Of a stretch of DNA of 64,000 nt, positions 31,282 through 42,081 are shown one piece after another (the first letter of the stretch is position 1; the number at the start of each line of letters is the position of its first letter). This DNA comes from a virus. Its lineage: Duplodnaviria; Caudoviricetes. Below the pieces are notes generated by a model. It was given only the letters and a program-made list of their open reading frames with translations, searched no databases and had not been told where the DNA came from. Made by a program: the position numbers and the translations under genes. The stretch lies in IMG/VR virus record IMGVR_UViG_3300031993_000037, positions 32,007 to 96,006 of that record; one strand, written 5' to 3'.

Positions 31282-31772
31282 ATGAAAATTGTTCAAGAAG
31301 AAAACACACCTATCGGAAATTGTTTTCACGACAGTGAAGTAACAACTATTTTTAATGCCCTTGCACAGACAGTAGACGAGTTTGAAGTTGAGTCTGACCA
31401 GCTTATGGCTTGGAGTGATTTTATTATTAAATCAATGAAAACATTACAGGCTCAGATTAAAGACTGCGAGAGAAAACAGATAAAGAAAAACCAGGAAAAA
31501 GAAATTTCAGACAAGTTGCATAGAGGTGCGGAATGAACGACGCTGATTTGATAGCTAAAGCTACAAGACGCTTTGGAAAAACGAATATGACAAAGGAAGA
31601 GCTTCTTCGTAACTATGTTCCAGTTGTTCTTGAGCATATTTCAAAGCATGGTTGTTCTGGCCTCAAATGTAAAAGATGTCCTCTGAACAACGTCTGTGAT
31701 AAAAACGCATTAAAGTCTAAGGAACTGGCAAATCAGATGATAGTGTATGCAAACACCCAGAGGCTTAAATGA
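31282..31772 (+). other. Two small hypothetical genes (31282-31536, 31533-31772)
   Basis: Ribosome-binding sites and ATGA overlap; the second has a C-x4-C-x2-CPL-x3-C motif. Confidence 0.55.
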
Positions 31773-31926
31773 GTGATGAATTGTACGAAGCCTTTGAGAG
31801 GTTTTCTATAATGACCGTAGATGGTTGTCTTGATGATAAGTCTGCCATTCAGAAAATAAAGGAACAGTATGGAAGAGATATCGCAACACAGGTGTGGGGA
31901 ATAATTCTGTTGCATGGGGATAAGTA

Positions 31927-32520
31927 ATGGGAAAAGCATACGCAAATAGGAAACCAGAATCAGAGAGACCTGCGGGAGATTTTTACGAAACTCCGAGTCC
32001 AATGTTAATTGAGCTTCTTGAAAACAACTTTTTTTATCCAGATAAAAACGCAAGAATATTTGATCCGTGCTGCGGACATTACCGAATAGGTAATATTCTT
32101 CGTAAGTACGGTTATACAAATATTACTGAAAAAGACATTATGTATGGTGATGATTATCTTGCTAAGAATGAAGATGGAACCTATAAAGACCTTACTAAAT
32201 ATGATGTAATCATAGCAAACCCGCCTTTTAAACTTTTCGATGAATTTTCTAAGAAAGCAAAACTACAGGCTAAGTACGTATTCTTTATTGGTAAGCCTAA
32301 TTTCTTTGGTGCACATAATAGAAATATAAACGGCTTATGGAAAGGACTTAAGTGGTGTTTAATTTTTGACCGTATGATTGCTTTTGATAAACCAGAGATA
32401 GACGGTAAAGTTGAGTGCGGAATGATCGTGAGCTGTTTCTTTGTATGGGATTGGGAATATGAAGGTTGTCCAAAAATTAAGATATTAGATATGCAGAAGT
32501 ATATTCGGAGAAAAAAATGA
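31927..32520 (+). CDS. Small amino (N6-A/N4-C) DNA methyltransferase
   Basis: DFYETP, FDPCCG, IANPPF. Confidence 0.85.
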   Translation: MGKAYANRKPESERPAGDFYETPSPMLIELLENNFFYPDKNARIFDPCCGHYRIGNILRKYGYTNITEKDIMYGDDYLAKNEDGTYKDLTKYDVIIANPPFKLFDEFSKKAKLQAKYVFFIGKPNFFGAHNRNINGLWKGLKWCLIFDRMIAFDKPEIDGKVECGMIVSCFFVWDWEYEGCPKIKILDMQKYIRRKK

Positions 32521-32741
32521 GGTTTAAGGTAGTTTATGAGTTCCACAGAACGGAACAAAAAGCCAAATCTGCCCTGAAAAAGATACCAAAACTATTCTCT
32601 AATCCTCATTTATACAAGATGGAAGACGGCACTTTTGCGGTTGTAGCTGGTGAATATGACCGAAAAGACTGGGCAGAATCAGCCGTAAAGAAGCTCTACG
32701 AGAACAAATTGTGGGGCGGAATTTTATCTGAAGACGTTTAA
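32517..32741 (+). CDS. Small SPOR-like protein
   Basis: FAVVAGEY.RK..AE....KL pattern. Confidence 0.45.
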   Translation: MRFKVVYEFHRTEQKAKSALKKIPKLFSNPHLYKMEDGTFAVVAGEYDRKDWAESAVKKLYENKLWGGILSEDV

Positions 32742-32798
32742 TTTACACTTTTTTTACTATTATTCTCTCTCTTAAAGAACTCCAAAAGGGGGAATAAT

Positions 32799-33029
32799 AT
32801 GATTGATGGACACGAATCGGCTACTGATCTTGGTAGTTGGGTATGCTCAAAAGTGAGCAAAGACAATACTTATGGCACACTCCAGGTAAGAGAATACTTT
32901 GGATTATCCACAGACATCGACAAACTTCCGAAATATGAAGACCTTGCTACTGGTTCTTCTGCGTATTGTGTAGACTCCGGAGACCTCTACATGTACAACG
33001 CAGATTCAAAAACTTGGGTACAGCAGTAG
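32799..33029 (+). CDS. Small phage protein (putative structural)
   Basis: YFGLSTD..P....GSSAYCVDSGDLYMYN...W; first gene of the cassette. Confidence 0.55.
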   Translation: MIDGHESATDLGSWVCSKVSKDNTYGTLQVREYFGLSTDIDKLPKYEDLATGSSAYCVDSGDLYMYNADSKTWVQQ

Positions 33030-33038
33030 GAGGCGTAT

Positions 33039-34154
33039 ATGGATATAGTAACTCTTGCGTTATCTAGACGCTATACCGATGACTCAATTCTCGGTACTGC
33101 AGGTCCACTCAAAGGAAAACCTTGTACAATAAACTCAATCACAAATATTGAAGGCGGAAAAAGAATCACATTCGGTTGGTCCGATAATTCTGGTTCTACT
33201 CATACTTCTACCCTTGATGTTATGGATGGGGCAGAGGTAGAGTCAATTGAAATTGATGCTAATGGACATATTCAATTCACTTTCACTGACGGAAGAGTTG
33301 TTGACGGTGGAGAGATGCCAATTGCCGATGATGCAGATGAAGTTGCATATACAAATGCAGGATTTCCTTCAATTACAAATGTAAAAGAAGGTCTTGATGC
33401 AGCTTTATTGGCAGGTGCAAAATTACAGAATCCAATTACAGTTTCAAATGCGGTTGGTTCTGCTACTTCTGGAAAAACATATCCGGCAGGTACATCCCTT
33501 GAACAGATTATCAAGGATATGCTTGTAAGGGAAGTTGCTCCAGGACTCACACTCACAATTCAGCCTTCTGCAACACTTTACGATGTTGTTAATCAGACGG
33601 TTTCTCAGATTACAATGAAAGCCGCTGTTACCAAAAATACTTATAACCTTTCTAAAGTTGAGTTCTATCTCGGAAGCACTCTCAAACATACTGAAAATAT
33701 CGCTGCAGCCGGAACTTACCAGTTCAATATGACTTGGGATACTCCTACAAATCAGAACTTCACTTTGAAAGCAATTGCTTATGATAGCAGAACAGGAACG
33801 CCTATGAGTACATCAAAAGAAATTTCAGTCAAGTTTGTTGGCAAATCATACTATGGAACTGTTGATTCTTCAATTGGAACAATTACTGAATCAATCATCA
33901 AGTCTCTGCAGAACAATGTCCTTAAGGATGTCAAAGGACTTGTTTACAATGATATCTCAATGGATTACGGAAAGGTTGTTTATGCTTATCCTGCAGACTT
34001 TGGAAACCTTTCTTCTATTAAAGATATTCCAAACAACATCAACTATACAAACTCATTTACAAAGACTGTTGTTACTGTTGATGGCATTTCGTATAACTGT
34101 TATACACAGAACGACCCATCTGCAGCTTCTGACATTCAGTTGACCTTCGCATAA
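33039..34154 (+). CDS. Putative virion protein with Ig-like domain
   Basis: Thr/Ser-rich beta protein; SKVEFY...FTLKAIAYD; paralogous blocks with 34166-35863. Confidence 0.6.
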   Translation: MDIVTLALSRRYTDDSILGTAGPLKGKPCTINSITNIEGGKRITFGWSDNSGSTHTSTLDVMDGAEVESIEIDANGHIQFTFTDGRVVDGGEMPIADDADEVAYTNAGFPSITNVKEGLDAALLAGAKLQNPITVSNAVGSATSGKTYPAGTSLEQIIKDMLVREVAPGLTLTIQPSATLYDVVNQTVSQITMKAAVTKNTYNLSKVEFYLGSTLKHTENIAAAGTYQFNMTWDTPTNQNFTLKAIAYDSRTGTPMSTSKEISVKFVGKSYYGTVDSSIGTITESIIKSLQNNVLKDVKGLVYNDISMDYGKVVYAYPADFGNLSSIKDIPNNINYTNSFTKTVVTVDGISYNCYTQNDPSAASDIQLTFA

Positions 34155-34165
34155 GGAGGCATAGT

Positions 34166-35863
34166 ATGTCAATTAGCTTACTTGATAACTTTGATCTTCG
34201 TGCAAAGAAGCAGAATTTTCAGAGAGATGCGTTTGAATCCATATCCGATATGGCGAATTTCTCTGAAAACTATCTGCCAGATATGTTCGATTCTTTCTGT
34301 TATGAAGACGGAAAGAAATACCGCTACAACCGTTCAAATACGGTTGATCCGGTTTACGGAAAGTGGAGAGAAATAACTGGTGGAAGTGGAGACCTTACAT
34401 CTTATTATACAAAATCAGAAACAAACACTCTGCTTGAAGATAAGGTTGATAAGGTAGTTGGAAAGGATTTAAGCACCAACGATTATACATCGGAAGAAAA
34501 AACAAAACTCGCCGGACTTGAGAATTATGATGACACAGCTCTCGCTTCAAGAGTAACGGCAAATGAAGACGCAATTGATGTCTTGAATGGTGATGCAACA
34601 GTCAACGGTTCTGTTGATAAAAAGGTTGCAAGCTGCCTCTCTGATTCTAAATCATACACAGACACAAGCGTAAGAAATGCAATTAAGCAGACTGCTATTT
34701 CCTGCGATGCAAAACCTACAATAAGTGGAACAATCATTACATATCAGAAAGATGGAAATACTTACAATATTACATCTGACAATAAAACTAAGTTCTATTA
34801 CACGACAGGTGGAGTAAACTATTCTACGATCTGGATTGATGGAACCGAGTTTACAGATACACTTGCAAGTGTAGACTTTACTGATTATGTTTCAAAAACA
34901 AACGACGTAACATCTACTTATACTGGAAGCGATGCTGACAAGACAAAGATTCCAAACGTTGGTGCTATGGATGCTCTTAAAGCTCTTGTTGATGCAGACC
35001 TTGATGATAAGGTAGATACATCAGACATTGAAAGTGCTGTAAGTTCTTCAAGTGATAACCCAGTCGCATCTTCTGCTCTTTATGAAGAGTTTGCAAAGAA
35101 AGTTGATATCGACCAGGGAGTTCTTAATGAAGGAAAGATTCTTAAGGTAAATGCAGAAGGAAATCTTGCTCTTGCAGATGCAAGTGCTTTGGGTGGAGAT
35201 GCTGCCGCAGTATCTTACACAAATGCTTCTTTTTCAACTCTTGATAACGTAAAGAAGGCTCTTGATAACATTCTGGCAAAGGTTTACTACGTTGAACCTG
35301 CAGTAAGTTCATTCACGATGACACCAGCTACAACAGATTACGAAATTGGTTCTGTTGTAAACGAAGTTTCATTTGAGTGGGCTTATAACAAAGATATGGT
35401 TTCACAGAGTCTCACGGACTGTACTCTTGCAGATGAAACAGTGCGAACTGCAACTTATTCAACTCCAATCAGTTCTAATAAGACATTTACACTTACTGCG
35501 AGTGATGGAACAAAGACTGTCACTTCAAGTAAGACAATTTCTTTCAAGAACAAGATTTACTGGGGAAGTGCTGCGGACCCAGGAACTATCGACTCTGCAT
35601 TTATCCTTGGTCTTTCAAACAAGAAATTCGCAACTACATACAAAGGCAGTTACAACGTGACAGTAGGTAGCGGAGAATACGCTTACGTTGCGTGTCCAGC
35701 TTCTTGGAATATGCCGGAAACATGTAAGATCGGCGGCTTCGGAACAGACCTCGTTGACTGTGGTTCTATTTCGTTCACCAATGCTTCTGGTGCTTCTTCA
35801 CTCTACAAGATTGTAAGAACAACACAGGCTGGTCTTGGTGCTATAACAATGCTTTTTGAATAA
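34166..35863 (+). CDS. Putative fibre/decoration structural protein
   Basis: YYTKSET..L..KVDKV.GK.LSTNDYT.EEK.KL fibre-shaft motif; C-terminal beta domain paralogous to the previous gene. Confidence 0.65.
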   Translation: MSISLLDNFDLRAKKQNFQRDAFESISDMANFSENYLPDMFDSFCYEDGKKYRYNRSNTVDPVYGKWREITGGSGDLTSYYTKSETNTLLEDKVDKVVGKDLSTNDYTSEEKTKLAGLENYDDTALASRVTANEDAIDVLNGDATVNGSVDKKVASCLSDSKSYTDTSVRNAIKQTAISCDAKPTISGTIITYQKDGNTYNITSDNKTKFYYTTGGVNYSTIWIDGTEFTDTLASVDFTDYVSKTNDVTSTYTGSDADKTKIPNVGAMDALKALVDADLDDKVDTSDIESAVSSSSDNPVASSALYEEFAKKVDIDQGVLNEGKILKVNAEGNLALADASALGGDAAAVSYTNASFSTLDNVKKALDNILAKVYYVEPAVSSFTMTPATTDYEIGSVVNEVSFEWAYNKDMVSQSLTDCTLADETVRTATYSTPISSNKTFTLTASDGTKTVTSSKTISFKNKIYWGSAADPGTIDSAFILGLSNKKFATTYKGSYNVTVGSGEYAYVACPASWNMPETCKIGGFGTDLVDCGSISFTNASGASSLYKIVRTTQAGLGAITMLFE

Positions 35864-35874
35864 CGGAGGATATC

Positions 35875-37068
35875 ATGGCGGTTATTCATATTGGAAATAA
35901 TAAACATAAAATTCTCTGTGAATGTGATAATTGTCATGACACTTATATATGCAAGACTCCAAGTTGTATACATTTTGAAAAAACGTTTTGTCCAAAGTGC
36001 TTAAAGAATTATGATAAAGAAGAGAATGAGTTAGTTAGATTATTCTATCCTCTAAGTAACAGAAGAGTTGTACAAGGCTATAACGATTTGTATACAAAAT
36101 ATCCAGAAGTAACTGAATATATCGTAAATAAGGATATTGCAAAAACATATAGTTATGGAACTAGTCATAAATTTGAAACAAAATGTCCTGTTTGTGGTCG
36201 TGTGAAGATTCAGAGTGTAAGAGGAATAATTGCATATAGAAAATATAATTGTGATTATTGTGATGTGGATTATGTTAGCTACCCAAATAAAGTATTAAGA
36301 GCATTTATGAAGCAGTTAAGAACTGATGTTTTAGAATTTGAGTACTCTCCAGAATGGTTAAAACCATACAGTTTTGATTGTTATTTTGAAATAAATGGCA
36401 GCAAATATGTCATTGAAATGGACGGAGGATTAGGACACGGAAATAATACCTTCGGAAACAAAGGCAAAGATGTAGAAGGTTTAAAACGGGATATCTATAA
36501 AGAAAATAAAGCAAGAAAGAATGGTATTGAAGTAATAAGAATTGATTGTAAAAAGTCAGACATAGAATATATAAGACACAATTTAATTAATTCAAAGTTG
36601 TCAGATATATTTGATTTGTTGAATATTGATTGGCAAAGTTGTGATGATTTTGCATTAAAAAATCTCGTTTATGAAGTTTGTAATTTTTATAAAAACGCAA
36701 CTATAGATAATAAAAGAACTGCTGTTATAGCAAATGAATTTGGATTAGATATAACAACAGTAGAAAAATATTTAAGGTTAGGAACAAAAGCAGGTTTTTG
36801 TTTTTATGATAAAGCCTTAGCAAATAAGTTGCGTATTGAAAGTACAACAAAAACTCACAGAGACAAAGCGTTTAAAATAAAAATTTTAACAAAGGATAAT
36901 AAGTGCATTGGAATATATAAAATGGAAGAAGCAATTTCTTATCTTAGAAAAAATACATCTACGACTTCTGCTGATTTTTATATAGCAGGAGCGATTAGAC
37001 GAGTTTGTAGAAAAGAAAAACATAGAAATTATTACTTCGGTTATAGATTTGAATATGCAATATCTTAA
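35875..37068 (+). CDS. Zn-ribbon plus Vsr/DUF559-like putative homing endonuclease
   Basis: Several CxxC motifs; FEYSPEW....FDCY....VIEMDG..GH...D..K...A...GI.VIRI; visibly more AT-rich than its neighbours. Confidence 0.7.
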   Translation: MAVIHIGNNKHKILCECDNCHDTYICKTPSCIHFEKTFCPKCLKNYDKEENELVRLFYPLSNRRVVQGYNDLYTKYPEVTEYIVNKDIAKTYSYGTSHKFETKCPVCGRVKIQSVRGIIAYRKYNCDYCDVDYVSYPNKVLRAFMKQLRTDVLEFEYSPEWLKPYSFDCYFEINGSKYVIEMDGGLGHGNNTFGNKGKDVEGLKRDIYKENKARKNGIEVIRIDCKKSDIEYIRHNLINSKLSDIFDLLNIDWQSCDDFALKNLVYEVCNFYKNATIDNKRTAVIANEFGLDITTVEKYLRLGTKAGFCFYDKALANKLRIESTTKTHRDKAFKIKILTKDNKCIGIYKMEEAISYLRKNTSTTSADFYIAGAIRRVCRKEKHRNYYFGYRFEYAIS

Positions 37069-37086
37069 ACAGGAGGACTAAATAAA

Positions 37087-38238
37087 ATGGTTAGAGTTAG
37101 TGATACTATTAAACAGCAGAATGATTTGACCTCATTTCCTGTAGCCTATGGTTCAGACCTGTGGCTTGATAAAAATAAAGGTTCTGGAACTCCAGATTAT
37201 GCTTCAATCCAGGCTCTTTACAACAATGGAGAATTAGGCGGTGGGGCAACGGAAATAACAACAATGCCTACAGCCTCAGAAGATTATTTGGGGAAAATTC
37301 TTCATTATGTCGGAGAAAGCGGAACATACAAGAAGGGTCATTTTTATGAATGTGTGTATGTTCCTATGGAGCAAGCTACTTCGCCTTACAAATGGATGGA
37401 GGTTGACCATTTTAGGTTCAACCATGTTATATACAATTCTAATACACCTCCGAATAACAGTGATTATACAGTAGGTGATATAGTCTTTTATACTGGAAAG
37501 ACTATGGATGACTTTACATCAGGGCATTACTACAGGGCTTTACCTTCGGACAATCCTGAGAATGTTTATACCTTTGTACTTGGCAGTACGGTGTATTTTA
37601 GCTATACACCATTTGAATTCCGTTTGGGCTTTATTGTATACCCTACTGGAACTGGCGGTGAAGATCATCCGTATGAGATAACGGAGATTACTGAAGAAGG
37701 AATTACAATCACACCATACGGCTGGACTGGCGAGGAACAGCAGTTTGTAAGTATCTATTACTATAGTGAAATTCGTTCATGGGAAGACCTTGGCGGTGGA
37801 GGTGGAGGAAACATCTTCAACGGCACAATGGACGAATGGAACGAACTTACTACTGAGCAGAAGAAAGAATATGACAACTTAGCAACACCAGAAGAACCTA
37901 CTACAGATGTAGTAACAGTTTCCAATCCTTTTACAAGAGATACAACACATACTCAAACTGCAAGTGAGATACAGGCATTTAAGCAAGGAAGAATAGCTTC
38001 TTTCAAAGTATATGTAGAGTTTAAGAATATTACAGAAGGGGATTGGAATGATGTAGGAACTGTTGTCGATGCAATCAAGCCTTTAGGAGAAACACCTCTT
38101 ATTATTTCAGATGGACGTGTAGCAACTGCTATGGCTTTGGCTAGAATTTATACAAATGGTAAAGTTCAAGTTTGGGGAAGCAGTTCATTAAACACTCTTT
38201 CCACTCGTTTATCAGCAATGTATTTTACTGCAAACTAA
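37087..38238 (+). CDS. Putative fibre/receptor-binding protein
   Basis: Repeated G.I..Y.G.....GH(F/Y)Y module, poly-Gly hinge, GT..EW..LT motif, beta C-terminal domain. Confidence 0.55.
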   Translation: MVRVSDTIKQQNDLTSFPVAYGSDLWLDKNKGSGTPDYASIQALYNNGELGGGATEITTMPTASEDYLGKILHYVGESGTYKKGHFYECVYVPMEQATSPYKWMEVDHFRFNHVIYNSNTPPNNSDYTVGDIVFYTGKTMDDFTSGHYYRALPSDNPENVYTFVLGSTVYFSYTPFEFRLGFIVYPTGTGGEDHPYEITEITEEGITITPYGWTGEEQQFVSIYYYSEIRSWEDLGGGGGGNIFNGTMDEWNELTTEQKKEYDNLATPEEPTTDVVTVSNPFTRDTTHTQTASEIQAFKQGRIASFKVYVEFKNITEGDWNDVGTVVDAIKPLGETPLIISDGRVATAMALARIYTNGKVQVWGSSSLNTLSTRLSAMYFTAN

Positions 38239-38258
38239 AAAAAAAGGGAGGATTTATT

Positions 38259-39308
38259 ATGGCATTATATACAGTAGATAAAGAAACAGGTGATATTATT
38301 CCAGCCGCCGGTGGAACGCTTTATGCGGATGCCCCTGTTGGAACTATCTTTGAATACGGAGGAACTACTGCTCCAAGCGGATATGGATTGTGCAACCATC
38401 AAGCGGTAAGCAGAACGGAATATGCAGAACTCTTTGGCCGTATCGGAACAACATACGGCAGTGGAGACGGTTCAACTACATTCAACCTTCCAGACAAAAC
38501 ACAGTTGAAACAAGATTTTACTGTAAAAACACAGTTGGATACTTGGACAAGTAATCTTGAAAATGGAAGTGAATCTCATACCTTTACTGTTTCAGCTGAT
38601 GGTAGTTATTATTTTGAAATAGTATTATCAAATGCTTCTGCTGGAAAACAGTCTAATAATATATCTCTTGCCACTTCTGATAATAAACTGGTGTCAACAT
38701 GGGGATATATCGGAGCAGGTGCAGCCTTGCTCAATAAGACAGTCTTTTTGAAGGCAGGAACTTATAGTTTTACACACATCTGTCAAACCGCAGGCATTGG
38801 CGGTACAGCCGTAGTAACCGTTTATAGCACAAGAAACGAGCTTGTAGGCAGTTATATAATCAAGATGAAGCACACACCAGTTCCTGTTGATTTTATGAGT
38901 GCGGTTGATGACTCAATATCACAAAGCAGTGTTGCAAGAACACTTCCGTATTCTTTCAATGGGTCTTTAAACCTTTCAAGCTTCAACAGAAAATGGTTGG
39001 TTGAAGGAAGTCCTATAACTTGGACTGCTACCCATACTGGAAGATTAACCGTAAGGTGTATAAAACACGGAGACGGCTATTCGTTGTATTTGAAGAATCA
39101 AAATAATGTTATGCTTGACAGTTACGATAACTTTTTGGGTGATGAGTCTCACGGAACGGCAGTGACTGATACAAGTATAACATTACAGGCTTGGGTAAAG
39201 AAAGGCGATGTAATTACATTAACCTCAAATGTGCCGTCAAGCACTGATTATTCTGATAGATATTTCGTCCAGACAGGACTTCTAGCTTATAACAATAACT
39301 ATGATTAA
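38259..39308 (+). CDS. Tail fibre protein with phage tail-collar domain
   Basis: PVGTIFEYGGTTAPSGYGLCNHQAVSRTEYAELF..IGTTYGSGDGSTTFNLPD; start moved to MALYT (GGAGG site). Confidence 0.85.
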   Translation: MALYTVDKETGDIIPAAGGTLYADAPVGTIFEYGGTTAPSGYGLCNHQAVSRTEYAELFGRIGTTYGSGDGSTTFNLPDKTQLKQDFTVKTQLDTWTSNLENGSESHTFTVSADGSYYFEIVLSNASAGKQSNNISLATSDNKLVSTWGYIGAGAALLNKTVFLKAGTYSFTHICQTAGIGGTAVVTVYSTRNELVGSYIIKMKHTPVPVDFMSAVDDSISQSSVARTLPYSFNGSLNLSSFNRKWLVEGSPITWTATHTGRLTVRCIKHGDGYSLYLKNQNNVMLDSYDNFLGDESHGTAVTDTSITLQAWVKKGDVITLTSNVPSSTDYSDRYFVQTGLLAYNNNYD

Positions 39309-39346
39309 TGGTGATTAATCAATAAATAAAATTATGGAGGAATATT

Positions 39347-39541
39347 ATGTATTCAATCTTGATAAAGGTAAGTTCTAAGAACTACATTTACGACGCAAAC
39401 GAAGAGGGTGAAGTGTTCTCTGGCGATGAAACAGAAGTAAAAGCAAGATACATCGAACTTCTCGCTGAGTATCCATCTTCAAAGCTGACAATCGTTCATA
39501 ACGTAACAGTTACAAACGATCTTACTATTGCTGATGTATAA
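39347..39541 (+). CDS. Small hypothetical protein
   Basis: 64-aa ORF preceded by GGAGG. Confidence 0.55.
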   Translation: MYSILIKVSSKNYIYDANEEGEVFSGDETEVKARYIELLAEYPSSKLTIVHNVTVTNDLTIADV

Positions 39542-40170
39542 TGAGACCGAACGAATTATTTAGTCTTATAAAAAATATCCGTCACACTGAATATCATACA
39601 AGCGGAGATGATATTCAGTGGATAATTCTTGTAGACGATTCAGAAAAAGTTATACGACTCATTTTTGAAGAAAGCTGCGGTAAAAGAGACTGGCAGAACA
39701 ACTTGAATTTTCCTGTAAAGATTTACAAGAAACAGAAGTCATGTCTTAAAGTTGCAAGAGGTTGGGGTAATGCTTATAAATCTTGTAATGATGAGATAAT
39801 GGAGGAGTTGTTTAAAGTTTATGTTACACTGCCAACTTACCAGGTGCATATATGCGGCTGGTCTTATGGTGGTGCAATGAGCCTTCTTGCTGCGGAGGAT
39901 TTTTATTTTAGAACTGGGTTTAAATCAAGCGTGTATACCTTTGGTGCCCCAAAGCCTTTGTGGGGTTCAAAGACAAAGAAGTATGTTCGTTCTTGTGTAG
40001 AAGAGGTAAAACAGTATGCTCATGTTGATGATTGCGTACCGTTAATGCCACCTTTACCAGGATATACTCGTCTGACCACAGATCATGTCGGCGGTAAAAT
40101 GAATATCTTCAAGCTTTTTAAGCCGGAAATTTATCACTGCATCTATTCTGAAGAAAGTTTGTATAATTAA
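39541..40170 (+). CDS. Class-3 lipase (alpha/beta hydrolase)
   Basis: GWSYGG nucleophile elbow, VYTFGAPK, DCVPLMPP, C-terminal His. Confidence 0.85.
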   Translation: MRPNELFSLIKNIRHTEYHTSGDDIQWIILVDDSEKVIRLIFEESCGKRDWQNNLNFPVKIYKKQKSCLKVARGWGNAYKSCNDEIMEELFKVYVTLPTYQVHICGWSYGGAMSLLAAEDFYFRTGFKSSVYTFGAPKPLWGSKTKKYVRSCVEEVKQYAHVDDCVPLMPPLPGYTRLTTDHVGGKMNIFKLFKPEIYHCIYSEESLYN

Positions 40171-40775
40171 TCGTCAAAACCGACCTGATTTACTCTTGTG
40201 ACAACTCCTTTGACTGAACGTTCTGAGTTCATCATTTTAGAGTTGTCTATTCCATTTATAGTTCCAGTTTCGCCAAACATATTCAAATTCATCGGAGCGT
40301 TTTCCTTAAACCACTGTCTTGGTTTAGGCAGCTTTGTTTTAAGATAACTTGAACACCAGTCTTCATAAACTTTAGCATCAAAACTCGCAAGATACTTTTC
40401 GTATACCTTACAGTATGGCTGTGGCATTTTGTGATTGCCAGTCATACCAGCTAAGAATTGACAGGTGTTGCAGCACTTTATGTCTGGGTCTTTTCTATAC
40501 TCTTCAAGGAACTTGTGTGTGCCAGGTATTTCGTAAATGTCTGGGTCAGGTTTGTCTTCGAAGTGTTCTTTGAGATACATAATCTGAAGTTCGTTTAAGT
40601 TCATCTGATGACTTATTGCTTCAACTTCTTCCCAAGACAAGTGAGACTCTTTATACAACTTACCGTTGTAAGTTTTTGCTTTGAGAGAAGGCATTTTATC
40701 AACAAGAGCTTTTACTGCGTCAATTGGTCTGTGGTGCCAGATGCCTAGTATTCTTTCAATATCTGTAAGTGTCAT
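40167..40775 (-). CDS. Hypothetical Cys-cluster protein
   Basis: CCNTC...YC...WC. Confidence 0.6.
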   Translation of the reverse strand: MTLTDIERILGIWHHRPIDAVKALVDKMPSLKAKTYNGKLYKESHLSWEEVEAISHQMNLNELQIMYLKEHFEDKPDPDIYEIPGTHKFLEEYRKDPDIKCCNTCQFLAGMTGNHKMPQPYCKVYEKYLASFDAKVYEDWCSSYLKTKLPKPRQWFKENAPMNLNMFGETGTINGIDNSKMMNSERSVKGVVTRVNQVGFDD

Positions 40776-41752
40776 TCAGCATCCCATTTAAGTGTTACAA
40801 TACCACTGTCACCACCAATTTCAAGACCTTCACCAAACTCAGCTGTAATTCCTTCAGAACATTTGATAGTTACTCTGTCTGTGATTTCTTCTGTAAGGAT
40901 TACGCCGTCTGTGGCTTCGATATTGGTAATGGTCCAGCCATTTGTAAGAGAGTGTGGAACTTTGATAAGAGAAGGGGTAAAAGGAAGATGGATTGCAGTA
41001 GGGTCTGTTCCCTTTGTGAGATGAAGGATAATGTGATTTACACCGATGACATTAATTGTAACTTCGTTGCTTGAAACTACGGCAGATTTAATACCACCGT
41101 CTCCATTGTTTTTGATGTACTGTGATACTTCACATTTATAAACATCCTCGGAAGCTGCTGTAGTATCGAGAGTGATTGTTGATTTTGTTTCTTTGAAAAG
41201 TTTGCGGCCATTACGATACCACTGATATTTGTATGTGATATCCTGGTCATTTGGATGCTCTGGAACGATGATTACAGTTTCAGTTTTTTCAACGTTTATG
41301 TACTGAACCTGTCCGTTCTCATCAAGGATAAGTCCGCCGTTTTCGTCTACCAGTTCTTCCTCAACAACAACTTTCTGTTCTTCTGTTACGGCAGGAATTG
41401 TAGCTGGAGTTATGGTGACTTCAAGTGTTGCATCGTCACCGACACGGATTTCTTCAGTAGGTTCTGTGATTGATACAAGAGAAGGAACTATGTCTTCTGC
41501 ATTTGATGTTTTGAAGAATTCACAGTTACCGTCAATGTTCTGATTAATACATTGTTCCATCAGCATTGAGTCATTTGTGTGAATACGTTTTGATACTTCA
41601 TCACAATTGCACAGCCAGAAAAGATGTTTAAATACGTCAACGCCCCACTTGTGACAGTCAGGCATCTTCATTGTCTTGTCAAAAAAGTCTTTAATGCTTT
41701 CCGGCTTATAACAGTGTATACAATGGTCACAGAGTTTTTTCATATCAATCAC
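40772..41752 (-). CDS. Protein with Cys-rich N-terminus and Ig-like domain
   Basis: TYKYQWYRNG...DVYKCEVS. Confidence 0.65.
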   Translation of the reverse strand: MIDMKKLCDHCIHCYKPESIKDFFDKTMKMPDCHKWGVDVFKHLFWLCNCDEVSKRIHTNDSMLMEQCINQNIDGNCEFFKTSNAEDIVPSLVSITEPTEEIRVGDDATLEVTITPATIPAVTEEQKVVVEEELVDENGGLILDENGQVQYINVEKTETVIIVPEHPNDQDITYKYQWYRNGRKLFKETKSTITLDTTAASEDVYKCEVSQYIKNNGDGGIKSAVVSSNEVTINVIGVNHIILHLTKGTDPTAIHLPFTPSLIKVPHSLTNGWTITNIEATDGVILTEEITDRVTIKCSEGITAEFGEGLEIGGDSGIVTLKWDAE

Positions 41753-41787
41753 CTCTGTGACAATAATACAAGATGAAAGTGATTAGA

Positions 41788-42081
41788 TTAAATTAATTCG
41801 TCCATAGACTGATAACTCATTGAAGCACCTCGTATGTTTGGATATTCTTCAATACGCTTTAGTTTTACATAATCACAAAGCTTGCCATTCACATAATGCT
41901 CTGTTTTCATTATATATATTTCACCGAACAACTCCTTTGCGTAGGTTGCATAAACATGTTTATCTTTTCCAAGTTCGAAAATATCTGCACCTATATGACT
42001 CTTTTTGAATTTTAATAAAATCCAGATATATAACGGTATTTTGACAATATGAGCCGTGCTAAAAACTTTATCATCATTCAT
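41788..42081 (-). CDS. Hypothetical protein
   Basis: 97-aa ORF coupled to the upstream gene. Confidence 0.5.
   Translation of the reverse strand: MNDDKVFSTAHIVKIPLYIWILLKFKKSHIGADIFELGKDKHVYATYAKELFGEIYIMKTEHYVNGKLCDYVKLKRIEEYPNIRGASMSYQSMDELI

Noticed and set aside
31084-31329. Minus-strand 81-aa ORF
   Set aside because: It overlaps the tRNA-like gene and the structured segment on the opposite strand and has no supporting features.
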